Source: Pseudomonadota bacterium
GTDB lineage: Bacteria > Pseudomonadota > Gammaproteobacteria > Burkholderiales > Burkholderiaceae_C
Length of the DNA: 25,647 nt
Assembly (NCBI GenBank): GCA_039805985.1
Contig: JBDLSY010000105.1
Coordinates: 1-25,647, forward strand
Direction of reading: 5' to 3'
Below, piece after piece: positions 9,805 through 18,625 of the stretch; position 1 is the stretch's first letter, and every line of letters begins with the position of its first letter. Made by a program: the position numbers and the translations under genes. The notes under the pieces were generated by a model. It saw only the letters and a program-made list of their open reading frames with translations, was not told the DNA's origin and did not search any database.

Positions 9805-11082
9805 TTATGACCATTGATTAATAAATTGCCCAACGCCAATACCCGCAGCCCGCCCCGTTGCCCAACAAGCAGTCAGTAAATAACCGCCTGTTGGTGCTTC
9901 CCAGTCTAACATTTCACCCGTACAAAATACAGTGGGAATGTTATGTAACTGATAATCATGCCCTAAAGATTCCCATGCTACACCGCCTGCACTGCTAATG
10001 GCTTCGTCCAATGGACGAGTAGACAATAAAGAAATTGGTAAATTTTTAATAGCTTGTGCCAGCTTTATTGGATTATTGAGTATCTCAATCTGTAAACATT
10101 CTCGAAGCAAAGTAAACGCGGTATTATTTAACCTTAAACGGCTATTTAAATGCCCAGAAAGGCTACGCGATCCACGCGACTGACAAGCCAATAAAACCTC
10201 TGTATTGCTATGATGTGGTAGTAAATCAATATAAATAACATAAGGTATTTTAAGGTGTAGACCATCACGCCAAATACGGCTGTGTGCATAGACTATGCCA
10301 CCTTCAATACCGTTTTTTGTTAAGATTAATTCACCTATTTTTTGTGAGCCATTGTCATTAATCGCAATATTTTTTAAAACAGCCCCTGCTTGCTTAGCAA
10401 TAAAAAAATCACTCCACGACACGTTAAACCCACAATTAGCAGGCATTAAGGGATTTATTAACACGCCATAATGACTCAAAATAGACTGCCATGCACCGTC
10501 ACTACCTAACTTACGCCATGAACCACCGCCTAAAGCCAACACTGTTGCATCAGCATTAATCTGAATTATGCCATTAGGTGTTTCAAAATATAAATTTTTA
10601 TTTGTTTTATTTGTTTTATTTGTTTTATTTGTTTTATTATTAATATCAGTTTCAATGGTAGGACTAAACCCTAACCAACGATGACGGCTATGAAACTGTA
10701 TACCTTGTGCTTTTAAACGGGCTAACCAAGCCCTCAATAAAGGAGCGGCTTTCATTTGTTCAGGAAATACCCTGCCACTGCTGCCTACAAATGTTTCAAC
10801 ACCTAAATTAGTACACCATTGACGTAAAGCTTGACCATCAAAAGCACATAGTGTGCCTAATAATAGGTGAGACTGTGATTGATAACGCTTAAAAAATAAG
10901 TCGTTGGGTTCACTGTGCGTTAAATTTAAGCCGCCAATGCCTGCTAATAATAATTTTCTACCTACGCTAGGCATCGCATCAAACACATGAATATTACGAA
11001 CGCCCATATTTGCGGCGGTTTCTGCAGCCATTAGCCCTGCTGGACCTGCACCAATAATTGCCAATGTAATTGTTGTATTCAT
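9805..11082 (-). CDS. HI0933/BaiN-like FAD/NAD(P)-dependent flavoprotein (TIGR03862-type)
   Basis: IIGAGPAGLMAA, GRKLLLAGIGGLNLTHSE, GSSGRVFP, LALGGGSW, EAISSAGGV, GEMLDWEAPTGGYLLTACWATG. Confidence 0.9.
   Translation of the reverse strand: MNTTITLAIIGAGPAGLMAAETAANMGVRNIHVFDAMPSVGRKLLLAGIGGLNLTHSEPNDLFFKRYQSQSHLLLGTLCAFDGQALRQWCTNLGVETFVGSSGRVFPEQMKAAPLLRAWLARLKAQGIQFHSRHRWLGFSPTIETDINNKTNKTNKTNKTNKNLYFETPNGIIQINADATVLALGGGSWRKLGSDGAWQSILSHYGVLINPLMPANCGFNVSWSDFFIAKQAGAVLKNIAINDNGSQKIGELILTKNGIEGGIVYAHSRIWRDGLHLKIPYVIYIDLLPHHSNTEVLLACQSRGSRSLSGHLNSRLRLNNTAFTLLRECLQIEILNNPIKLAQAIKNLPISLLSTRPLDEAISSAGGVAWESLGHDYQLHNIPTVFCTGEMLDWEAPTGGYLLTACWATGRAAGIGVGQFINQWS
10598..10636 (-). repeat. In-frame 9-bp tandem repeat (NKT)x4 inside the flavoprotein gene
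   Basis: Plus strand TTATTTGTT x4 (10598-10633) plus partial; protein reads INNKTNKTNKTNKTNKNLYF. Confidence 0.9.
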
Positions 11083-11116
11083 AATAGTTTTAAATATAAA
11101 GTTTATATTAAATATT

Positions 11117-11189
11117 AAGTTTAAATACTAAGTTTAAATACTACGTTTAAATACTAAGTTTAAATAATAGGTTTAAATACTAAGTTTAA
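11117..11189. repeat. 13-bp tandem array AAGTTTAAATACT x5.5 spanning the bioF stop codon
   Basis: Units at 11117, 11130, 11143 (ACG..), 11156 (..AAT), 11169 (AGG..), partial 11182. Confidence 0.9.
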
Positions 11190-12417
11190 GATGAGTTTTA
11201 ATATGGGTTAAAGCCTCTATTAAACAGTCTACATCGGCTATGGTATGTAAACAAGACAGAGTAATACGTAACCGTGCTGTACCTACGGGTACTGTTGGTG
11301 GACGAATCGCAGCCACCCAAAAACCTTGCTGCCATAATGCTTGCATCACCGCTAAAGCAGCACTGTTACTGCCTATTAATAACGGCTGAATCGGCGTGTT
11401 AGAAGGTAATAACTGCCATGTATTAGGCTTTAATGCTAAAAAACTCAACATACTGTGTTTAAAGTAAGCAATTAAATCTCGTAAATACGCTTGTCGCAAT
11501 GTTTCTTGTGTCATTACACGTAAACTTGCACGTACACTACTGGCCAGCAGTGCTGGCGGAGCAGTTGCAAAGATATAACTGCGTGTTGATTGCATCAACC
11601 ATTCAATTAATGTGCTATCACCCGCCACAAAAGCCCCTGCAACACCGGCTGCTTTACCTAAAGTTGCCATATACAGAATACGGCGTTTAAAATACTGGTG
11701 TGTTAAGCCTACTTGCATCAGACTGCCTGCACCTTTTTCACCTAATACACCAAAGCCGTGGGCATCATCTAACAATAATAGTGCGTCATAGCGTTCAGAT
11801 AATTCATATAACGCTGTAATATTAGCAAGGCTACCGTCCATACTAAATACCGCGTCACTGATAATTAATTTACGTATAGCCGTACTGTTTTTTAAGCTAT
11901 TTTCTAACATCACTAAATCTTTATGGGCATAACGATGAATCACCGCTTTAGACAAACGTGCACCATCAATTAAACACGCGTGGTTTAGTTGGTCAGAAAA
12001 AATCGCATCACCTTCTCCGACTAAAGCAGGCACAATTCCCATATTTGCTGCATATCCCGCATAAAAATATAAAGCACGTGGTAAGCCTACAAAGGTAGCT
12101 AACTCTTCTTCTAAACATTGATTTTCAAAACTATGCCCAGAGACCAAAGGCGAAGCACCCGCCCCAACGCCAGTACTACATGCGGTCTGGCAAGCTGCCG
12201 CAATTAAGTCAGCATGACGTGATAAACCTAAATAATCATTGCTACAAAAAGCCAATACAGTTTCGTCTGTATGGTTTTGTGTGTCAATTACCCTAAGATT
12301 TGCCCCTTGTGCAGGCATCACTACGCGACGAGTTCGGCGTAAATGGGCATTGTCTAAATTTACAATCGCATCAGAAAAGTTGTCTAACCAAGAAGGGTGT
12401 ACTGACTTTAAGACCAT
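11173..12417 (-). CDS. bioF: 8-amino-7-oxononanoate synthase
   Basis: FCSNDYLGL, GAGASPLVSGH, FSDQLNHACLIDG, DAVFSMDG, LDDAHGFG, TLGKAAG (PLP Lys), AIRPPTVPVGTARLRITL. Confidence 0.96.
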   Translation of the reverse strand: MVLKSVHPSWLDNFSDAIVNLDNAHLRRTRRVVMPAQGANLRVIDTQNHTDETVLAFCSNDYLGLSRHADLIAAACQTACSTGVGAGASPLVSGHSFENQCLEEELATFVGLPRALYFYAGYAANMGIVPALVGEGDAIFSDQLNHACLIDGARLSKAVIHRYAHKDLVMLENSLKNSTAIRKLIISDAVFSMDGSLANITALYELSERYDALLLLDDAHGFGVLGEKGAGSLMQVGLTHQYFKRRILYMATLGKAAGVAGAFVAGDSTLIEWLMQSTRSYIFATAPPALLASSVRASLRVMTQETLRQAYLRDLIAYFKHSMLSFLALKPNTWQLLPSNTPIQPLLIGSNSAALAVMQALWQQGFWVAAIRPPTVPVGTARLRITLSCLHTIADVDCLIEALTHIKTHLKLSI

Positions 12418-13130
12418 ACAATATTACTGTTGATAATTACTTCGTCTAAACCTTGATAAGGAATATGAGCCAACAAAGGTGTATTTAAGATACCTTGTAA
12501 ATACTGTATATTGTCTTGTTGTACAGGCATATTGGGTTCTAATTCATTGGCTACCCAGCCGACTAATTGCAAACCTTCATGGCGAATGGCTTGTGCCGTT
12601 AGATGTGCATGGTTTAAACAACCTAAACGCAAGCCCACTACCAAAATAACAGGGATATTTAAGGCACGGGCTAAATCAGCCCCTGTTGTTGTGGGTGATA
12701 ACGGCACATAAAACCCGCCTGCACCTTCAACAATTACAATATCAGCGTTCTGCATTAGTGTTTGATGGCAAGCGACCAAATGCGGTATATCAATCATAAG
12801 CCCTGCAATAGCGGCTGCAATGTGGGGCGATACCGCTTCATGCAACAATACAGGGTTATCTAATTGTGGGGATACTGCCGTGTTAGACGCAGCCCGTAAC
12901 TGTATAACATCGTCGTTGTTTAGTACCCCGTTAATCAATGTTGTACCTGCCGCAACAGGCTTCATGCCCACTATTTTTAAATGTTGATACTGTGAATGAG
13001 CCGTTAAATATTTTAAAAGCAATGTTGCAAAATAAGTTTTACCTATACCTGTATCTGTCCCTGCAATAAAACAAGACCACGGCGTAGATATATTGAGTTG
13101 CTTTAAAGTGTGAGACGAGTGAGTATTCAT
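12408..13130 (-). CDS. bioD: Dethiobiotin synthetase
   Basis: FIAGTDTGIGKT P-loop, MKPVAAG, AVSPHIAA, VEGAGGF, LGCLNHA; overlaps bioF start by 10 nt. Confidence 0.96.
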   Translation of the reverse strand: MNTHSSHTLKQLNISTPWSCFIAGTDTGIGKTYFATLLLKYLTAHSQYQHLKIVGMKPVAAGTTLINGVLNNDDVIQLRAASNTAVSPQLDNPVLLHEAVSPHIAAAIAGLMIDIPHLVACHQTLMQNADIVIVEGAGGFYVPLSPTTTGADLARALNIPVILVVGLRLGCLNHAHLTAQAIRHEGLQLVGWVANELEPNMPVQQDNIQYLQGILNTPLLAHIPYQGLDEVIINSNIVWS

Positions 13131-13170
13131 CAAAAGATATTAATTAAAGATGGGTTCAATGTTATACATC

Positions 13171-13310
13171 GTAAGGGCAACCCTTGTGGTTGCCCTTCTT
13201 CGTTATCGCCGTCATTATTTGGGTATCCACAAGTATTGTCCTTACAAGTGGTATTCATATTATTTGGGTAACCACAAGGGTTACCCTTACAAGTGGTATT
13301 CGCATTATTT
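13171..13310. repeat. REP/BIME-like cluster: one forward palindromic unit plus two inverted units inside 45-bp tandem repeats
   Basis: GTAAGGGCAACC-CTTGT-GGTTGCCCTT (13171-13197, 10-bp perfect stem); 45-bp tandem copies 13214-13258 and 13259-13303 (38/45 identical) each carrying the reverse-complement unit. Confidence 0.8.
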
Positions 13311-13324
13311 TAGCTACATAGACA

Positions 13325-14644
13325 TTAACCTTCATCTAAGGTTGAATCTAAAGCAAGCAACGCCGCTGTGGCTAAAAACTGTGCTTCATCTAAACTGATG
13401 GTGTACGGTGGCATAAAATAAAGTGTACGTCCAATCGGACGCAATAAAACGCCTTGTTTTAACGCATTAGCATAATACCGTGCCGCAAAATGTGGCTTAT
13501 CCGTATCAATATCCCACGCCCAAATCATACCTAAATGCCGTGCATGCTTGACTTTAGGGTGTTGATTTAATACGCTAAATACACTATTTAATTGTGAGGC
13601 ATGAATAATATTATTAATCAGTACATTATTAGATTCAAATAATTCTAACGTTGCCAAAGCAGCACGACACGCCAGCGGATTACCTGTATAAGAATGGGAA
13701 TGTAAAAAGCCACGGGCAACGTCATCATGATAAAACGCCTGATAAACCTCATCAGTGGTGAGTACAACAGACAAAGGTAAAGTACCACCCGTTAGCCCTT
13801 TAGATAAACAAATAAAGTCGGGCAAAATATTAGCGTGTTGATGGGCAAACAATTTGCCTGTTCGCCCAAAACCTGTTGCAATTTCATCTACTACTAAATG
13901 AACTTTGTATTGTGTGCATAAAGCCCGTGCTAAACGCAAATACTCTGCATCAAAAAACACCATACCCGCCGCACATTGCACCATAGGTTCTAAAATAAAC
14001 GCTGCTGTACTGGCGTGGTGTTGCATTAACCAGACTTCTAGTAAGCCTGCCGCATGACGGGCAAGGTCTATTGATGATTCATTTGCGGTTGCATAACGAA
14101 TATCAGGGCTAGGAACTGTGTCTGCCAAGCGGACTAAAGACGCGTAGCTATCGCGAAACAATTGAATATCTGTAACCGCCAAAGCCCCCACAGTTTCGCC
14201 GTGGTAGCCGCCTGCTAAACCGACAAAGCCATTTTTATTAGGTAAGCCTTGATTACGCCAATAGTGTGCACTCATTTTTAAAGCAACTTCAGTAGCAGAT
14301 GCCCCATCACTGCCATAAAAAGCATGCCCTAAGCCTGTTAAATGGGCTAGTTTTTCAGACAAATCAACGACGGGTTGATGCGTTAAACCAGCCAACATAA
14401 TATGGTGCATGTGTCCTAACTGGTCAATCAATGCCGCTTGAATAGCGGGGTGATTATGCCCAAACAAATTCACCCACCATGAACTAATGCCATCTAAATA
14501 ACGCCGCCCTTCAAAATCATATAACCAAACTCCATTTGCTTTAGCAATGGCAATGAGTGGTTGATGTTCATGCCTTTTCATTTGTGTGCAAGGATGCCAA
14601 ACATAGCGCATACTGCGTTCAATTAAAGCCGTATTAGGTGTCAT
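13325..14644 (-). CDS. bioA: Adenosylmethionine-8-amino-7-oxononanoate (DAPA) aminotransferase
   Basis: VWHPCTQM, DGISSWWVNLFGH, GYHGETVGALAV, DEIATGFGRTG, CLSKGLTGG, FLHSHSYTGNPLAC. Confidence 0.96.
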   Translation of the reverse strand: MTPNTALIERSMRYVWHPCTQMKRHEHQPLIAIAKANGVWLYDFEGRRYLDGISSWWVNLFGHNHPAIQAALIDQLGHMHHIMLAGLTHQPVVDLSEKLAHLTGLGHAFYGSDGASATEVALKMSAHYWRNQGLPNKNGFVGLAGGYHGETVGALAVTDIQLFRDSYASLVRLADTVPSPDIRYATANESSIDLARHAAGLLEVWLMQHHASTAAFILEPMVQCAAGMVFFDAEYLRLARALCTQYKVHLVVDEIATGFGRTGKLFAHQHANILPDFICLSKGLTGGTLPLSVVLTTDEVYQAFYHDDVARGFLHSHSYTGNPLACRAALATLELFESNNVLINNIIHASQLNSVFSVLNQHPKVKHARHLGMIWAWDIDTDKPHFAARYYANALKQGVLLRPIGRTLYFMPPYTISLDEAQFLATAALLALDSTLDEG

Positions 14645-14673
14645 AAAAAAGTGTTATAAAAGCTAACTATATT

Positions 14674-16785
14674 TTAAATACTATTGATAATATTGCCGTT
14701 GTTATTAATATTAACGCTGTTATTAATATTGTTAGTGCTAGTATTATTAGTATTATTAATATTATCAGGATTAACTTCACTATCGTCTGGCAACGTTAGG
14801 GCTACAGTGAGTATTGAGGCGTCTTCAATGTCATCGACTAGCGTTTCAAAAGGTGCGGCATCACCCTCTTGAGTACCGCCTTCTCCCGCAAAACGGCCTT
14901 GTACACTTAAATCAAGTTCGTCCCAACTTAAAATATCTACAACGACAGGACGCCCACGTTGCCCATCTGGTAAACCACTTAAAGTAATAAATAAAGGCAC
15001 ATTACGCAAGCGTACTGTGTCTTGTCTTATGACTACAGCATCAAACCGACCTGTTCCTTCAGGGGCTTGTTGCATTAACCAACGCAAACACCAATACCGC
15101 TCCATGTTGTTCTGATGGGTAGAATATGCACTGTATTGTTCATCAAACGTATTGACAATAGCATATAAATCAACATCTTTCGGTTTATAGGGGGCTTGTA
15201 ACAAAGCTAAGTTACCATACTGTGTACAAGCCAATAGCTGCGTTTGATTAACTAAATCGCTATAACGGCGTAAAGGTGAAGTAAACCAACCATAATGTGC
15301 AACACCGATTGATTCGTGTGGCATGGGTGTGGTACTCATTTTTACTTTGCCAAAACGTTGCCCGCGAAATACACCAGGGACACCCAATTTAGCTAACCAG
15401 CCAGCCCAAGTTGAATTAGCAAAAATCATCATCTCTGCCACAATAGCATCAAGCGGTGCCCCGCGTTTACGGCTAGTAATATTTACAATGGCTTGATTGA
15501 TATTTTTATCTTCGCCCCAAGTTACTGCAAAGTTAAAATCAGCACGGTTTGTCCCTTCAGGCTTACCACGCATTTCATCACGCTTAGCTGACAGCACAGC
15601 TTTTAAAGCAAATAAATACGTAATTTCCGCTTGAAAAGGTACATGGTCAGGCAGTGTCCCCGCTTCTATATCGGCTTGTAAAATAAGAGGTTCTAAAACA
15701 TCAGTGCGTAAATTGGCCACTAATGGCACACGTTCAAGAACAGTACGAGTGGATAGTAAATTCTTTTTTGCGTCAAACAAAGCATATAAACTAACAGCAG
15801 GACAATTTTTTCCTTCATCTAAGCTAAACGCTGCAACCACTGAATCAGGTAGCATCGTAATTTTTTCACCAGGCATATACACGGTACTCATACGTGATTT
15901 AGCTAATTTATCTAAAGCAGACTCTCTTGGCATCATCAAAGAAGGGGCTGCGATATGAATACCAACTTCAGTATTGCCGTCTGGCTGTGCGGTCACTGAT
16001 AAAGCATCATCAATTTCTGTCGTACTGCTGTCATCAATTGAAAAAGCTTGCACGGCTGCCAGCGGCAAATCATTGATAGTCAAAGCAGGCAGTGTAGTGA
16101 TACGGTGTTCTGAACCTTGCGGAAAATATTCAGCAATAAACCGTGCCATGTGTAAATCATAATGGCTAGAAAAAGCCTCACGCTGCATTAACAAGCGTGT
16201 AGGATGAATGTCTAATTGTTTGGCTGCTAATACTAAAGCTTTCCAAGCCCAGCTATTTTTATCAGGTTTAAATGCAATCGTTGGGCAAGCAGCTTGTATT
16301 TCAATCGGTAAAGTGCCTGCAATTAATTCTGCAACCATAGCATCACAACGGGCTTGCTCACGGGCTTTTTTTAATAAAGATTCCTTAATAATTAATAGCA
16401 TTTCAGGCGTAGCAGGTTTATAAACGCCTTTGCCTTTACGGTTAAAAATAGCAGGCAAGGCGTGTAAAGCCATTAACAAAGCTGCTTTTTGTACGGCGGT
16501 TACTGAACTGGGTGTGCCACCAAAATAATCAGCAGCAAAGTCTATCGCAACAAATTCAGCTTGGGGCAATAGTTCCCATAAAAAATCAGTATCAATATTG
16601 TTTGATTCAGCAGAAGCTTGCAGCACTAAATTGGCAGGATCTGGTTGATTAAATGTAAATAAAATCTGATTGTTTTTTATTTTTATCCGTTTACCTGTTA
16701 TCAGCTCAACTTGGCTGGTAGCATCGGTTTGGGATAAAATAGTGGCCGCTTTATGGCTGGCATCGTCGTCAAGGTAAGCATACAT
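14674..16785 (-). CDS. rnb: RNB-domain exoribonuclease (RNase II, betaproteobacterial type)
   Basis: Catalytic SIDDSSTTEIDDALS, TVYMPGEKITML, IVAEMMIFAN, FTSPLRRYSDLVNQ, MERYWCLRWL; Asn-rich C-terminal tail. Confidence 0.9.
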   Translation of the reverse strand: MYAYLDDDASHKAATILSQTDATSQVELITGKRIKIKNNQILFTFNQPDPANLVLQASAESNNIDTDFLWELLPQAEFVAIDFAADYFGGTPSSVTAVQKAALLMALHALPAIFNRKGKGVYKPATPEMLLIIKESLLKKAREQARCDAMVAELIAGTLPIEIQAACPTIAFKPDKNSWAWKALVLAAKQLDIHPTRLLMQREAFSSHYDLHMARFIAEYFPQGSEHRITTLPALTINDLPLAAVQAFSIDDSSTTEIDDALSVTAQPDGNTEVGIHIAAPSLMMPRESALDKLAKSRMSTVYMPGEKITMLPDSVVAAFSLDEGKNCPAVSLYALFDAKKNLLSTRTVLERVPLVANLRTDVLEPLILQADIEAGTLPDHVPFQAEITYLFALKAVLSAKRDEMRGKPEGTNRADFNFAVTWGEDKNINQAIVNITSRKRGAPLDAIVAEMMIFANSTWAGWLAKLGVPGVFRGQRFGKVKMSTTPMPHESIGVAHYGWFTSPLRRYSDLVNQTQLLACTQYGNLALLQAPYKPKDVDLYAIVNTFDEQYSAYSTHQNNMERYWCLRWLMQQAPEGTGRFDAVVIRQDTVRLRNVPLFITLSGLPDGQRGRPVVVDILSWDELDLSVQGRFAGEGGTQEGDAAPFETLVDDIEDASILTVALTLPDDSEVNPDNINNTNNTSTNNINNSVNINNNGNIINSI

Positions 16786-17024
16786 TTTATTATTTTAGGC
16801 GAATATAGTATTTTGTGCAGATGGTATGTTGTTGATGTTGTTATGTTGTTGTTTATATTAACTATATTATTTGTCTATATTATTTATTATCTACATTGTT
16901 TATATTAATACTGATTGCATTTTTATCGTATTTTTATAGCATTATTTTATACACTCACTTCAATATTTAAACATAAAATAAAGTTTTCCGCTTAAAATCA
17001 CGTTTTAACTTAAGGAGTACTGCC

Positions 17025-17588
17025 ATAGCTACTAGCAATTACCGTGACCCTCGCGATAACCGCGAGCCTCGCGACAAACGTGAACACCGAATTAACGGTG
17101 AAATCCTCGCACCAGAAGTCCGCTTAGTCGGTCAAGAAGGTGAGCAACTGGGCATTGTTGATGTTCGTGAAGCTTTACGTTTAGCCGCTGAATCTGATAT
17201 AGACTTAGTTGAAATTGCACCAACTGCTGTACCACCCGTTGCTAAACTGATGGATTATGGTAAATTTCGTTATGCTGAACAAAAACGTTTACATGAAGCC
17301 AAGCTAAAGCAAAAAGTAGTGGAATTAAAAGAAATTAAGTTTCGGCCACAAACTGATGAAAATGATTACCAAATTAAAATGCGTAACGTTAAAAAGTTTT
17401 TGGAAGAAGGCGATAAAGTCAAAATCACGGTTCGCTTTCGTGGGCGTGAGATGGCTCACCAAGAATTTGGTATGCAATTGGTTCAACGTGTACGCGATGA
17501 AGTCGCTGATATTAGCCAAGTGGAATCATTCCCTAAATTTGAAGGCCGCCAAATGATTATGGTGTTGTCTGCCAAGAAGAAAAAATAA
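17025..17588 (+). CDS. infC: Translation initiation factor IF-3 with non-canonical ATA start (ORF track only shows the C-terminal half from 17250)
   Basis: AAGGAG at 17012-17017, then ATA GCT ACT...; frame open to 17588 and encodes HRINGEI.APEVRLV...DLVEIAP...[12 protein letters not shown]...KEIKFRP...[13 protein letters not shown]-type IF3 motifs. Confidence 0.95.
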   Translation: MATSNYRDPRDNREPRDKREHRINGEILAPEVRLVGQEGEQLGIVDVREALRLAAESDIDLVEIAPTAVPPVAKLMDYGKFRYAEQKRLHEAKLKQKVVELKEIKFRPQTDENDYQIKMRNVKKFLEEGDKVKITVRFRGREMAHQEFGMQLVQRVRDEVADISQVESFPKFEGRQMIMVLSAKKKK

Positions 17589-17603
17589 AAAATAAAAGAA
17601 CAT

Positions 17604-18548
17604 TTATTGTGGCATTGGTACATCATAATGCTTGTGCCACAACATCTGTAAGTCGTTTAACGATACTACATAACCTTGAGCACCAGCCCGCTGAACTTTA
17701 TAAGCACCCATTAAATTACCTAAGCGTAAGCCGTCAAACATAGACCACCCTCGGCTTAAAGCATATAACCAAGCACCCCGTAAGCTGTCGCCGCAACCTG
17801 TAGCATCAACAGCCGCAATATCTTTTACCGCCTCTAATGTATGCGCCAAGCCTTTGTCCCAAAAGCATAAACCCTTGTCGCCCAAAGTAATGACAACAGG
17901 TGTTTTGTGACTCAACTCTTGTGCATTTTGTTTTAAGGTATGTTCTAAAATAACGGCTTCAGCTTCATTGATAGCGATTACCGATGCACCTTGCATTAAT
18001 ATAAGTAACTCATTTTTATCCATAATGGGTGTAGCTTGTCCTGGGTCAGCAATAAAAGGTACTTTGGCTTGTGCTAACTCAATACTACGATTAATCATAG
18101 CTTGCTTGCCATCTGGAGACACAATCGCCCAAGTGGGTTGATACTTAGTGAGTGCAATGTCTGCTTTTTGTACGTGTGCCTCATTCATTGCACCCGCATA
18201 AAACCCAGTAATTTGTTGTCCTAGGCTATCACTAAAAATAGTGGCTTTAGCAGTGAGATAGTGTGGTATAGATTTAATATATTCAATTGAGATGCCTTGT
18301 TGTTGAAAGTATTTTAAATACTCACCAGCATCACTACCCACTGTTGCCATAACAATAGGGGTAGCACCTAATTGACGAGCTGCGTAAGCAATATTGGCTG
18401 CACAACCACCCCATACATGTTGCATGTTAGAAACATAATAAGAAGCCGTTAATCGTTGTTTAGACACTTGTTCAGCATCTAATAAAAATGGAGCTGGACA
18501 TGACATTACGGTGTCAATTGCAATAGAGCCTGAAATAAAAATAGTCAT
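17604..18548 (-). CDS. PfkB-family carbohydrate/nucleoside (adenosine-like) kinase
   Basis: ISGSIAIDTVM, WGGCAANIAY, FIADPGQ, ITLGDKG, DATGCGDSLRG anion-hole motif. Confidence 0.9.
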   Translation of the reverse strand: MTIFISGSIAIDTVMSCPAPFLLDAEQVSKQRLTASYYVSNMQHVWGGCAANIAYAARQLGATPIVMATVGSDAGEYLKYFQQQGISIEYIKSIPHYLTAKATIFSDSLGQQITGFYAGAMNEAHVQKADIALTKYQPTWAIVSPDGKQAMINRSIELAQAKVPFIADPGQATPIMDKNELLILMQGASVIAINEAEAVILEHTLKQNAQELSHKTPVVITLGDKGLCFWDKGLAHTLEAVKDIAAVDATGCGDSLRGAWLYALSRGWSMFDGLRLGNLMGAYKVQRAGAQGYVVSLNDLQMLWHKHYDVPMPQ

Positions 18549-18595
18549 AATATTATTAAGTATTTAAGTTATTTATTAAATGATGATTCGCTAAG

Positions 18596-18625
18596 TTATT
18601 GATTCTTATTGATTCTTATTGATTT
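18596..18625. repeat. 10-bp tandem repeat TTATTGATTC x3 containing the response-regulator stop codon
   Basis: ttattgattc ttattgattc ttattgattt; stop at 18616-18618. Confidence 0.8.

Noticed and set aside
13171-13310. Possible mini-CRISPR array
   Set aside because: No unique spacers (the whole 45-bp unit repeats), one unit is inverted, no cas genes or leader; fits REP/BIME better.
13150-13398. 82-aa ORF with VRATLVVAL and YKWYS repeats
   Set aside because: Translation of the REP-like and 45-bp repeats, antisense to the bio operon; no SD or protein-like features.
16915-16955. Candidate infC promoter (TTGCAT...TAGCAT/TACACT)
   Set aside because: Several weak alternatives in very AT-rich DNA; cannot choose one.
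17607-17642. TTGTGGCA...TGCCACAA inverted repeat after infC
   Set aside because: 8-bp stem with 20-nt loop inside the kinase coding end and no U-tract; not supportable as a terminator.
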